A DNA stretch of 64,000 nt from Protoeuglena noctilucae. Lineage: Eukaryota. The stretch is from the NCBI GenBank assembly GCA_958009085.1, contig OY253683.1, positions 620,001 through 684,000 on the forward strand, in the 5' to 3' direction. Positions 44,001-54,869 of the stretch are shown in pieces. Positions within the stretch are counted from its first letter, which is position 1; each line of letters starts with the position of its first letter. A program made the position numbers and the translations under genes. The notes beneath the pieces are model-generated. The model worked only from the letters and a program-made list of their open reading frames with translations. It did not search any database and had not been told where the DNA came from.

Positions 44001-47000
44001 AGGCCTCAAGGACGCCTGCGCCGCCACTGCCATTGGCAACCACCCCTGGGGTCTCGACCCGCGTATGGCTGACTGCACCGTGACCCAGTGCGGGAGGCGT
44101 GGGCGGGGCGCTGCCTACCCCGCCCGTCGGGTCCAGCACCACCCCATCCCCGCCACTCGGCCCGTCTGTGACACAGACGTCGCCCTGCCCCGGCCTCTTT
44201 TGCGACGACCCTGGGGTGCCAGGCACCTCCTCAGGCACCCCTTCTCCACCCCACCCCAACGACCCGAAGCTCCCCACCACTTCAGACCCGACGCCAGACG
44301 CGAGGCAGGGAGGGCTGCCGATCTCAGAGCCAATCTCCTCGTCTGCCCCCACATCGCCCGCCAAGCGCGACAGTCCGACAGTGCTAGTGATGGGGGCCGA
44401 AGCAGGGCTCCCCAGCGCATACGCAGGTTCCACGAGGGGTGACCCAGTAATGCCCTCGTGCCCAGCCACGGCTGGCCCTCGGATCTCTGACTGTGCAACA
44501 CCAGCCGTCGTAGTGGCTGGGTCTGCCCCATCACGTGACCCGCCAGCGCCACGTGCTGCATCCAGCCCTGCCCCACACGGCACCCCCACCGCCCCTCCCC
44601 GTCCCCCCACGCCAGCGCCGCTGCCCGGGCCGCCCCCCGCATCGCCCACCCCACGCACCCCCATCGCCTCTGACCCCTCTACCGTACCCAGCCCCACGTT
44701 CGGGCATGCACCAGACGCCCCCACCGCATCTGACCCTTCTATCACGCCCAGGCCTTTGTCTCCCACTGCCGCTTCCTCCCCGTCAGAGGCCACAGGCAGG
44801 GCCCCCACCGTATCGAGCCCATCCCACGCCACCCCATGCCTCACATCCCCCGCCCCGGGGCGAGAGGGCAGCCCCGACAGCGACAGACCCGGGAGGCTAT
44901 ACCCGCCGGGGTCTGGAAGACCCCTCAAGCCGACGAAAAGCTGCTGATCCGCGCCAGCTTGGCCGTGAGCGAGCCCCGCATTGCCAGGCGCTCTGGCCAC
45001 ACTGCCCCGGCCCCCATCCTGAGCCGCCCCTTGTGCCGACTCTAAGCATCCGCTAGCAGTTCCCAGCCGATCGCCACTGCCGCACCCAGGCCTCTGTTCA
45101 CCGTGAGGCTGACCCCTGTCACACGAGGCGTCTGCCTGGTTGCTCGCGGCAACGTGCTCTGCCTCTCTGCCCCTCTCCTTGACCCGCACTGGGGTCTCAT
45201 CCAGCGCCGGCGTGAACCGCAGCTGCAGGGGCGTGATGCCCGCCGCTGCCCCGCCCAACACACCGCCGCTGCCACCCGCGCTCAACTGCCACCCCACGTC
45301 AGGCCCCGACCACTCGCAAGCCCGCCCAAGCCCCACTGCCGTGCCCGATGCAATCCCCGCAGCCCCGCTCCAGCCAGCACGTGCCTGCCCCTGCCCTCCG
45401 CACCCACCACTTGCCACCATCTCAACCGGTCCCTGACTGGTTCCCTGCACCCCTTTTTCTACCGCATGACCATCGCCTGCCCCGTCGCCCACCCTGTCAC
45501 TCCCCTTCTCGCGTCCCAAACGCCCCTGGGAGCACCCCTCGCCATCCTCCACCGCCGCCCCCGCAACTCCCCCCACACAACGCCCCTGCGAGCCGCCAAA
45601 TGTGCTCCCCACCGACTCGTCCCGGAGCTGCCTGGGCCAGTCGAGCCCCAGCGCGTCCCTGCCCGCCCCCTGTGCCGCTCGCATGCACCCCACAAACGCC
45701 ACTGTCTTTGTCGACGGCAGGAACACCGACGGTCCCTGCTGAGCCGCGGCCCCCATCGCAGGGAGCTCCCCGGGTGCGCGCGGGCCAGGCGCCGCCACGC
45801 TCCGCGGCAGCAGCCGGGTCTGTAGGGCGGGCCACGCGCAGAGCGAGGGGCGGAACCGCGTTGACCCAGCTGCCGTGGCCGCAGCACGGGGCACCCCACC
45901 GCCACCATGGCTACCACTGGCACCACCGGTGCTGTTCTTTGCACCGGCGCTGCCCGCGCGCTGCCCCCCGTATGCCTTCAGCACCTGCGCCTCCCCCGCC
46001 GTCATCTCTGTGGCAGGGGCGGCAGGGGCGGTGCGGCCGCGTCCCTTGGCGGGCTTGGCGGTGCTGGGCGGCTCTTGCACGTGGTTGCGCAGGAAGGCGA
46101 GCCGCATGGAGGCGCGGGCGTCGGGGGGCAGGAGTGCGGGGGAGGAGCGCGCGAGGCCGACGTCGGTGGCGGCGCGGAGGCGCTCCTGGAGTGAGGCGAA
46201 GGACTGGCGGCGATCCATGAAACGATCGAACTCTGCTCCCTCGGCCTGCAAGGGCGGTGGAGTGAAGCTGTGGTGTGTGAAGCTGTGGTGTGTGAAGCTG
46301 TGGTGGCTTGCCATGAACAAATCCCCTGCCTGTTGTTGACATCCACGACAGCATCAGCACCGCTCCCTGCACGTGTTATCGCCCTCACCAGGATGTACAC
46401 GACCCTCCCCGGCCGGTGCCGCCCCGTGCGCCCCATCCGCTGGATGTTGCGTGTGGGCGACGTGGTGCCGTCAAAGCACAGAATGAGGTCCACGTCTGGG
46501 ATGTCCAGGCCCTCCTCGGCAATGCAGGTGGCCACGAGCACGTTCAGGTCACCCGCGCGGAAGCTGGCCAGCGTGGCCTTTTGCTCGTCCTGAGATGAGG
46601 GGACACGAGTAGGGTGGGGTGTTGAGAACGAGCAGGTATGGCCTGGCCCGTCGCTCGTTCGGGTGCCATCCGTGCTAACCCCACATGTAATGAGCCGTGC
46701 TGCACCCAAGGTGCCATCCCAGCAGCTCTCACCTGCGTCATTCCCCCGTCCCCCGTCTGCCCAACGAACCGGCTGGCACGCACGCCAGGCACGGCCGCAA
46801 CGCAGTTGACGATCTCGGCCACGCTGTCCTTGCGGGACGTGAAGACGATGGCACCCGCACGGGGAGCGCCGTCGCCGGGGTCGGCGGCGAACTCATGCAG
46901 CAGGCCCAGCAACACGCGGAGCTGCGGGGGATGGGAGGGTAAGGATAGGGGTGATGTTAATAGGCCTGCTCGACTCTTCGACTCGCACCGTCGTCATCCC

Positions 47001-49882
47001 CACCTGCCCAAGCACCGCACACCCCACACACGACCGCATCGCACCTCCCACCCCCACCCTGCCCCTTACCTTGGGATTCTCGGCCTGGCTCTCACTGGCC
47101 TTCCGCAGCGCCTCCTTGACCGCGGGGAAGTCAGGGTAAGCCTCGTGGATGGTGCGCATGGCGTAGGCAGCAGCCGCGTCAGCCCCCACACCCCTCGCGG
47201 CGCCCGAGGGCGCGTACAGCTTTGGCCCAAGGTAGTTCCAGGCGTTGCGCGCCCCGTACGAGGCCAGGAGCTCCCTGGTGGTGGCCAGCACGCGCCCCTG
47301 CCGCAGCACGTGCAGCACGCGGGTGCGCTGGGGGCCCTGCAGGGCCGTGCCCAGGTCCGCCTCTGCGGACTGGAATGCCGCGGGCGCCAGGTCGTCGCGC
47401 ACCGGCAGCTGCAGTCCGTGACGGTTCGCCTTCTTGACCACGGAGGCCAGGGCCTCCCCCAGCTGACCCAGGACCCGCGTCAGGGTCGGGTCCGCGGCCA
47501 CCCGCAGCACCCGCACGTCCTTCCCGTGCACAAACGGCGCCACCTGGGGGTCCGACGCGGTGCGGATCTCGAGTCGCTCTGCGCGGAGGTTCCTGTGGTG
47601 GAAAGGCGAGGGTCGGGGTGTCAGGCGTGACCCTTTATCGATTCCAGGGGTGCCCTGATGGGTGCAGGGGCGGTCAAGCGCGCAAAAACACCGGAGCTGC
47701 CATCGCAGCATGTCATGTGCACCGTGGTCTAGCCCACAACTGACGCACTCGACGCTCGAGGGTCATATCATGTCATGCCCAGCAGCGTCGGATGCTGACC
47801 CCTCCACCACTCACGCGACGACCTCCCGCACGCTCTCGATGGTCTGGCCGGGGGTGGCCGAGAGTCCGAGGATCCGGAATCGCGCGCCGCGCTCGACGAC
47901 GAGCTGAGCGACGGCGGAGACGGGGGCGTTGCGGCCGACGGCGCGGTGGCACTCGTCGACCACCAGGAGCGCTAGGCGGTGGGCGGGCACGGCGCCGGAC
48001 CGCACGTCGGCCTCGAATGCCTGGGGCGTGGTGAAGACGATGCGCGCGGCGGCCCACTGCTGGGCGCGCGCCTCGCTCTGCACGGTGCCCGTCAGCTCAG
48101 CCGTGTCGTGCTTGGGGATGCCCAGCACGTGGAGGCAGGCGCGGCGCTGCTGGGCCACCAGGGGCCGCGTGGGGGCCGTGAAGACGAGCAGCGCGGTGGG
48201 GAACCACCGGTAGAAGTTGTACATGACAGCCGCGGCCACGTGGGTCTTTCCAAGGCCGGTCGGGAGGCTGATCACCGTGTTGGCAAACAGCGCCGACTGT
48301 GGGGGTGGGTGGGGCACGGGGCGGGTATCGGATACCAACGGACTGCTGTGAACGGCATGGAAGATAGCGACCTCCAGTAACGGCCTCGCCTGGACCAAGT
48401 GGAACTGGTAGTCTCTGACGGGCGGGGACGTGGGGTATACCCAGTGCCTGGCGCGGCCCAGGTGGACGGGGACCTGGGGAGGGTCGCCTGGCCCCGAAGA
48501 CCACAGCTTAGCAACATCCTTCGCGTCCCCTGCAAGCGGAACGGCGGCAGTGATGCGTCGGCGTGACGAGTGCGCATGGCGGCTGTGCTGTGCTCAGCCA
48601 ACCGCAGCCACTCACCACGCAAGTCCTCCATCTCCCACAGACCGTCCACGACAAACGACCGGTCACCCACGCGCAGGCTCTCCTCCCCGTGGCTCCCCCG
48701 CACTGCACCGTCGGACCCCGCCACGCCCCCTGACCCGCCGCGCCCACCTGCCTCGCCGCTGCCTGGCGTTCCGTCCCCCGGCCCCGCTGCTCGTAATGGC
48801 GCTTTCCCATGTAACCTATCCACCACGGCCTGCACCCCCAAGCCCTCGCGGCCCTCCCCACGAGCGTCGTCCTCATCCAGCGATCGCGGGCACTCCAGCT
48901 GCACCACCCGCACGCCAGCCATGAAGTCCCCTGCCGCGTCGCCCGAGTCCGCCCCGATGTCCGCCACGCCACGCGCCACGGGCGCCGCCGCTGTGCCCCT
49001 CCCGCTCCCTCCGGCGCCGAGAGCCACGCGACACTGGGCCACGATCGCCAGCGAGTCACCTGGCACGCTCGCCACCCCACCGCTGCCCCGGTGAGCTGGA
49101 AAAGCCGCCTGCCGAGGCACCACGGGGCCTCCCATGGGCTGCCCGGCTGTCGTGCCATGCATGGCCGGTGCTGCGAGGGGCGCCGTGCCACCCGCCAGCC
49201 TCGTCGCCAGCGGCTCCTGCGAGAGGGAAATGCCCTCCCCGGAGTCATCTGGGGGAGAGCCGCCGCGCCGGTTGCGAGGGAACCCCCCCGACTCGAATCC
49301 CGACGTCTCGATGGGGTCACGGTCGCTGGCAGGGCCCTCGCCAGGTGGGGCGTGCGCAGAGCGGAAGGACCAGCTGGTGGAGACGGTCTCCCACGTGCTG
49401 CTTGGAGCTGCGCCGGCATCGCGAATTCCGCTCGCTAAGGGCAGCGGTGCGGCCGCAGGGCGGGCGGGCGCAGAGGTGGATGGCGCCGGTTCAGGTCCAG
49501 ACTGTCCTGTCCGCGCGGGGCGCCGGTAGGGCACGTCGAGCTGGGAGATTGCTGGAGCAGCCTGTGGTCGGGCTGACACACCGGCGAGGCGGCCAGCAGA
49601 CGGAGCCGCGCGGGGGCCCTGCTCCGGCACCTTTGGCAGATGCCTGACCGCGGCCTGCGAGGAACCCCGCACGCACATGTTCTCTACGGGGTGAGAGCCG
49701 GCTCGCGGGCGGGGAGCGCGAGGAGGCGCGCAGGGTCTGACCGCTCTGCACGCTGGGCACCTGTGCGGCAGCGGGGGCTCCGCAGACCACGACGGGCGCA
49801 CGGGCCTTTTGCTGGTGTGCAGCCACCGCCCTGTCGAGCATCGCGAGGTCCGCGTCATCCCAGATGTCCTCGGGGCCCATCA
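41037..49882 (-). CDS. FANCM: FANCM/Mph1 DEAH-box DNA translocase with a long low-complexity C-terminal region
   Basis: WVYPTSPPVRDYQF, ALFANTVISLPTGLGKT, VMYNFYRWFP, LLVVDECHRA, RILGLSATPG, FVGQ, NVLVATCIAEEGLDIPDVDLI, IQRMGRTGR. MM3-like FFDVEAE|ASEDEE...SFV motif. TGTAA on minus strand at 40968-40964. Confidence 0.9.
46262..46306. repeat. Intronic 15-bp tandem repeat x3 (gtgaagctgtggtgt) in FANCM
   Basis: Direct inspection. Confidence 0.85.
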
Positions 49883-50351
49883 TGCTAGTGCGAGGCGTCG
49901 GCCTGACGGCCACAACAAGAGCTGCCGCGAGTTATGCAGGCAAAGCACCCATTGCCAGAGACCCTGGCATGCCTTCCGCGGGCCGGCACGCCTTGTGGGA
50001 CACGAGACACATGCTTCGAAGCGGCGGGGCAGGGAGACGCGCTGCCGCCATCACCCTGCGTCCCTGGCAACGGCACTCGCTCGCATGCTACCAAATAACA
50101 CTTGGCTCGCATGCTGAGTTGTCCTGTGCTGCACTTTTTGCAAGAGGTTCAGCACACTTTGCGACAAGATGCTCAGTCGCTGGCCCGCTTGCACCTATCA
50201 TACAGAAGAACAGCTGCTCCAATTGCTGGGAACGTCACTGTGCTTCCAGAATGACCTCTCTCCGCCTCATCCCTACAGCCCTCCCTGCGCACCGCCCGAG
50301 GGCCCTGAGGCAAGCGGGAGCTGGCGTGGAGATCTTTCTTGCTTTCGGAAT

Positions 50352-50980
50352 ATGACTGGGTTGGAGGTTAGCATCTCGGCCGCTTGTACGATCCAACGTG
50401 GGGTCAACAACCCGCTGCGCAGAACGGTCCCCGCGCGGCTCCGGGTGGCCCGTCCGGCCCGCACGCGCTACTCCACCGAAGGGAGGGCCGACGGGACGTC
50501 ATCGTCCAACCAAAGGGCCCCGTTTGACGTGGACAGGGTGCTCCTGTGCTTGCTGGACGCGAACCCTAATCTTTCGGAGGGGATGCGCGAGAGCCTGGTG
50601 GCAGCCGCAAGGATCGCGGGCAAGCGCAAGGTCATCCTCCTCTCGGCAGGCGGCGGGGACATGTCTGAGGTGAGCAGGGTGCCCAGGGTGCCCCCACAAA
50701 GCACCTTCCACTCAAGCACTTAGGTCTCCTCGCTTTGAGCCTTCCGCAGAGGGACGGGAAGGCTTTGCAGGCGCTGGAGCTGATGGGTTGCCACGACGTG
50801 GACGTCGTGCGGCAGTCGGTGCCGGCGGGCGAGCGCCGCAGCGAGGTCATCATCGGGGAGGCCGCGGACTCGCACGCCGCCGACATGGTGGTCATTTCCT
50901 GGGAGATGGTCCACTACCACAACATTAACGCCAACCTCCTGGCCGAGTTCGTCTCGTGCCCCGTCCTGTTGCTGCCCTAG
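50352..50980 (+). CDS. Plastid-targeted universal-stress-protein-like (adenine nucleotide alpha-hydrolase fold) protein; 2 exons
   Basis: Arg/Ser-rich transit-like N-terminus; LLDANPNLSEG; IGEAADSHAADMVVIS...INANLLAEFVSCPVLLLP*. Confidence 0.7.
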
Positions 50981-51066
50981 ACTGTCCTCTTGATCAGGGT
51001 CATCGCACATCTGCTCTCACTTAAACTTTGCACTTGAACGCGGCCACTTTTATAGAACAAGTCGCG

Positions 51067-51555
51067 TCACGCCAACAGGAGGTCGTAGTGGTTGCCCTGA
51101 GTGTAAAGGAGGCGCAGGGGCTTGCGCGCCTTGTGGCTCTTGCCCTTCTTCTGGTACCGCTCCCCGTACTTCTGGATCGGGACAAAGCCCTCCCCGGTGC
51201 CCTGCTCGGACTGCGACAGATATACGAAGATGGGCGTCCGGAGGAGCTCGGAGAGGCAGTGCAGCTCGGGATCCCCGCCCCAGAAGGTGGGTGTGAGAAG
51301 ACATGGGCAGTACTGGCTCAGAGGGGCGTCGACCTCAGCGGACTTGACCGCTGCCCGGAACTCTGCCCGGGGCTTCCCCCGACACAGGGTGTCGTACACT
51401 GCCTCCCGCAGCAGGTCCGCCTCGTGCGTCTCCTCCGGGCCCATCAGCGACAGGCCACGGGCGCGGGCCAGGCCCTGGGCAATGGCGCGGAACATGCAAC
51501 GGCCGTCCCCGGCAATCTGCGGCAGCAGGTAGCGTGCGGGGTTATCGGAGTGCAC
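51067..51555 (-). CDS. OTU-domain deubiquitinase (plant OTU3/OTU4-like); domain exon only, 5' exons to ~51840 unresolved
   Basis: IAGDGRCMFRAIA (catalytic Cys), WGGDPEL, LLYTQGNHYDLL (catalytic His). Confidence 0.85.
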   Translation of the reverse strand: MHSDNPARYLLPQIAGDGRCMFRAIAQGLARARGLSLMGPEETHEADLLREAVYDTLCRGKPRAEFRAAVKSAEVDAPLSQYCPCLLTPTFWGGDPELHCLSELLRTPIFVYLSQSEQGTGEGFVPIQKYGERYQKKGKSHKARKPLRLLYTQGNHYDLLLA

Positions 51556-52437
51556 TGGAAGGGGCAGGGCAGCAGTGCACGGGCCCCACTCGCCTTGTAG
51601 ACCCTCAGACGCTCTGACGGGGCTTTGCTGAGCTCAAAGACGGGATTCAGCAACCGCGAAGACTGGACCGTGACGCTCGCAGTGCATCCTGCACCCCAGC
51701 CTGTGCGAGGCGGATGGATTATGCCGTGGCTGCCATGGCGCAGCGGCCCTCGTCCATGGCTCGTGGCCCGCGCAAGCGGTCCGTAGCCCAGCCACCATCG
51801 TTCAATAGCACCTACCTCCTCGCATCGACAATGCATCCGTTGAGCCCGCGTCATCGCTGCCGGCCGGAGCCACAAGCCACCGCGGGGCCTTAACGGTGCA
51901 AAACGCCACCGGCATCCGGGTCACGGACACGGACAGCTGGCGGCCAATGCGATGGACAGAAATCCCTCGTCAAAGTCGTCGCAGAGAGTCGACGAGCGCG
52001 AGGAGCTGCTCGGACTACCGCGAAAGGAATGCAGCGGCGTTGTCCAGCTACTGAGCTCGATTGAGCGGTTTTCCAGACACACAAAGGCACCCAGACTTAG
52101 CTGGTCAACTGCACGGCCACGAATTTTGCATCGCCAGGTCCCAAGCTCGCGTGCAAGGGGTGACGTGCCGTTTCTGATGCCAGTGACGGGCCTGGCATGT
52201 GCTGGCTGTCGATGTTTGGGGCCGCCGCGGCTGTCGCCTCAAGCGCATTCCTCTCGCCGTGCCCGCTGAAGTGACGGAGCTGCCAGGCTTGCGGTCTCTG
52301 GTCTGCCCGCCCCCTTTCGCGTCGGTTCACCTGTAGGTCGGCGTGGGCCGGGGCGGAAGCGCCGGGCGCCTGCTCCGCGCGGCGGGCTCACCCTTGCCCT
52401 TGTCGGGGCCGTTGGGTGTCGGCTGGTCCCGGCGCCG

Positions 52438-54324
52438 ATGACGACCGAGGTCAAGAAGACGTCCCGCATCACCCTCCGCACGGGGTTCGGGCCGCAGCCG
52501 CTTTCGACCAAGTCGACGCAGCCGGCTTACGGCTTCGGCTCATCGGTCAGGGAGGCGTCGCTTCGGGTGAGTCTCGCTCCCGTCCCTGGGTGCTTTGCGC
52601 GGGGACGGCTTGGGTCCCCCCCAGCCAGCCCTAGCTGCGCGTCTCCTGGCCCGCCAGCGGTGCGAGCGCGTCCTGATTCTCAAATCAAGCTGTCGCATCG
52701 GCTGTCCGCTGCGCATTCGGCCCGTTCCGCGCCGTCGTGCCTCTTGCTCTCTCCCGGGCGCGAACCCGCCTCGCCAGGCCCCGAGGAGCACTCGCGGCCA
52801 GTTTACTGCCTCATTTCGGGCGCGTTGCTGCGTTTGTGAGGGCGGTGTACCTGCGATTTCGCCCCAGCGCGGCTCCCGCCGGCGTGGCCGAGAGCATGTA
52901 CTTCCGCCAGAGCAGCCTCGGCCTCAGTTGGCCCCGCACCACGTTGGCCGTGCGCCCGATCCATTACCTGCCCGAACCCCTCCGCGTGCCAGCTGCCCGA
53001 CCCCGCGCCTCCTCTCCAGACGCCCCCAGATCCCTGCATCCGTGCGCCACGGCCTCTCGCCCTCGTCCCCGCTCACCTTGCCCTCCCACCGTCGCATCCC
53101 CTCGACTGACGCTCGCTCTGTGCTCCGTGCGACTTGTGCGCGCCTCCCCCGCCCGCAGCAATACCTCTCGGCTGACCATGCCAAGGTCATGAGCGGCAAC
53201 AACTCGCAGGGCCCCATCTACCGCGTTCTCTCCGCCATGGGGCACCAATCTGAGTCTACCTATAAGACCGCGCCCATTAACTCCTTCGGTACCGAGCCCA
53301 GGCTCCCTAAGGTGAGCATTCGCGGATCGCACAGCGATGAGCATGCCCCTCGCCCCCCACAGCACATCACAAGTATCCTCGCGCCTCTTTCCGTGCAGCC
53401 CCCGAACCGCCAGGTCCCCGGCCCGGGCACTTACAAGGTCCCGTCGACCGCCTACGGGAGCCAGGTGGTGTCGGCCGTGTCCACGGCCCCCCGCATCGTG
53501 TTTGGGTCCTCTACGCGCGACCAGGCCATCAAGGTGTACCAGGAGGACGCGGACAAGGCGTTTTTCGGGCTCGGATCCCCCGGACCGTGCGCCTACAAGA
53601 CCACGTCCATGCTGGGGAGGCAGGTGGGTGTCGCCGGCATCATTGCGAGACGCGCTCTTGCGTCATGGGGGTTCCCGTGGCGTCCAGCGGCCGGGGACCG
53701 GGTGAGATGGGCAATTGGTGACTCCACCGCAGGTGCTGAGCAACAAGGAGAGCGCGGGCGCGGCCAAGATGGGCAAGAGCGACCGGTTCAAGTACGACCA
53801 CGTGCGGAGGGCGCTGGAGATCCCGGGGGCCGGGCAGTACTCGCAGACGGTGGCCGTGGGGAGGCAGTCCCTGTCGAACAAGCGCACCATGCCGGCGGCC
53901 AAGTTCGGCACCAGCACACGGGACCGCATGAAGAAGGTCTTCATCTCCCCGGTGAGGGACCACGAGGCGTGTCGTGATAGTGACAGCCAGGTGCATGGCC
54001 GTAGGACGACATCTGCGGCATCGTGGAATGGAGAAGAGCGTAGCACACGCCGCTATGGGGGGAGGGACTGGCTTGGCCGGGCAGCTGGGGTGGCCTGCCA
54101 TGCGTGTGCTGACGAGGTCTCTGGCACTGCACTCCTTGCAGGAGCACGAGAAGGGCACGTACGGGGAGAACTCCCCTGGCCCCGTCACGGCCGAGATGCA
54201 CAGCTCCATCGGCCGGCAGACGCTTTCCCGCAAGGCCACGAAGCCGTCCTGGGGCTTTGGGCATGCCGAGCGCAAGACGGTGCAGGTGTCCAACACGCCC
54301 GGGCCGGGCGCGTACTGGGCATGA
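52438..54324 (+). CDS. SHIPPO/ODF3-type PGP-repeat protein (axonemal microtubule-associated family)
   Basis: Repeated units VPGPGTY, SPGPCAY, IPGAGQY, SPGP, TPGPGAY, most followed by S.GxQ..S and P..xFG(T/S)xxR. Confidence 0.8.
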
Positions 54325-54869
54325 GTCAGGACGCAGATTCCTGCCTGGCCCGCATCTCTCTCTTCTATCGCCGCCTGGCCTCGTTGCTGCAGGCTGCGGC
54401 CGCATTGCCTGGCTGCCCGGATTGCCAGCCGCCCGCGCTTGTGTTCCGGTCGCATTTCTGCCGCGCCGGAGAGGGCTCGTTTGAACAGGGTAGCACGATG
54501 TCACGATACGCACAGCCCTGGAGGCTCCAGAGCTTGATGGGAAGTGCTGGCTCTCGGGATCACGAGGCGCAAAGAGGCCGATAGAAACGGAGCAACACGC
54601 GAGGTCCTATGTCTGGACTAGGTTAGGGTACGAGTGAGAAACTGCGCAAAGAGACAACAGATCCAGCCCCGCAACTGAAGCATGCGTCCTGCCGCCACAC
54701 ACGCGCGCCCGCAAAACGCGGGTGGGAAAGAACTTGCGGTGGGCGGTTGAGGGCCGGGCCTCAGGAACGAATCTATGACGAAGGGGACGACCGAAGGAGC
54801 AAGACTAGGTCGTCCAGCACACAAACGGTGACACGTGCTGTCAGCGTGGATCGTGGGGTGAGGGTGTCG

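Noticed and set aside
41037..46000. Gly/Ala-rich 1,000+ aa region as a separate gene or inserted element
   Set aside because: It is in frame with the FANCM helicase exons and carries the MM3-like acidic motif; a long disordered tail without ERCC4 is normal for green-lineage FANCM.
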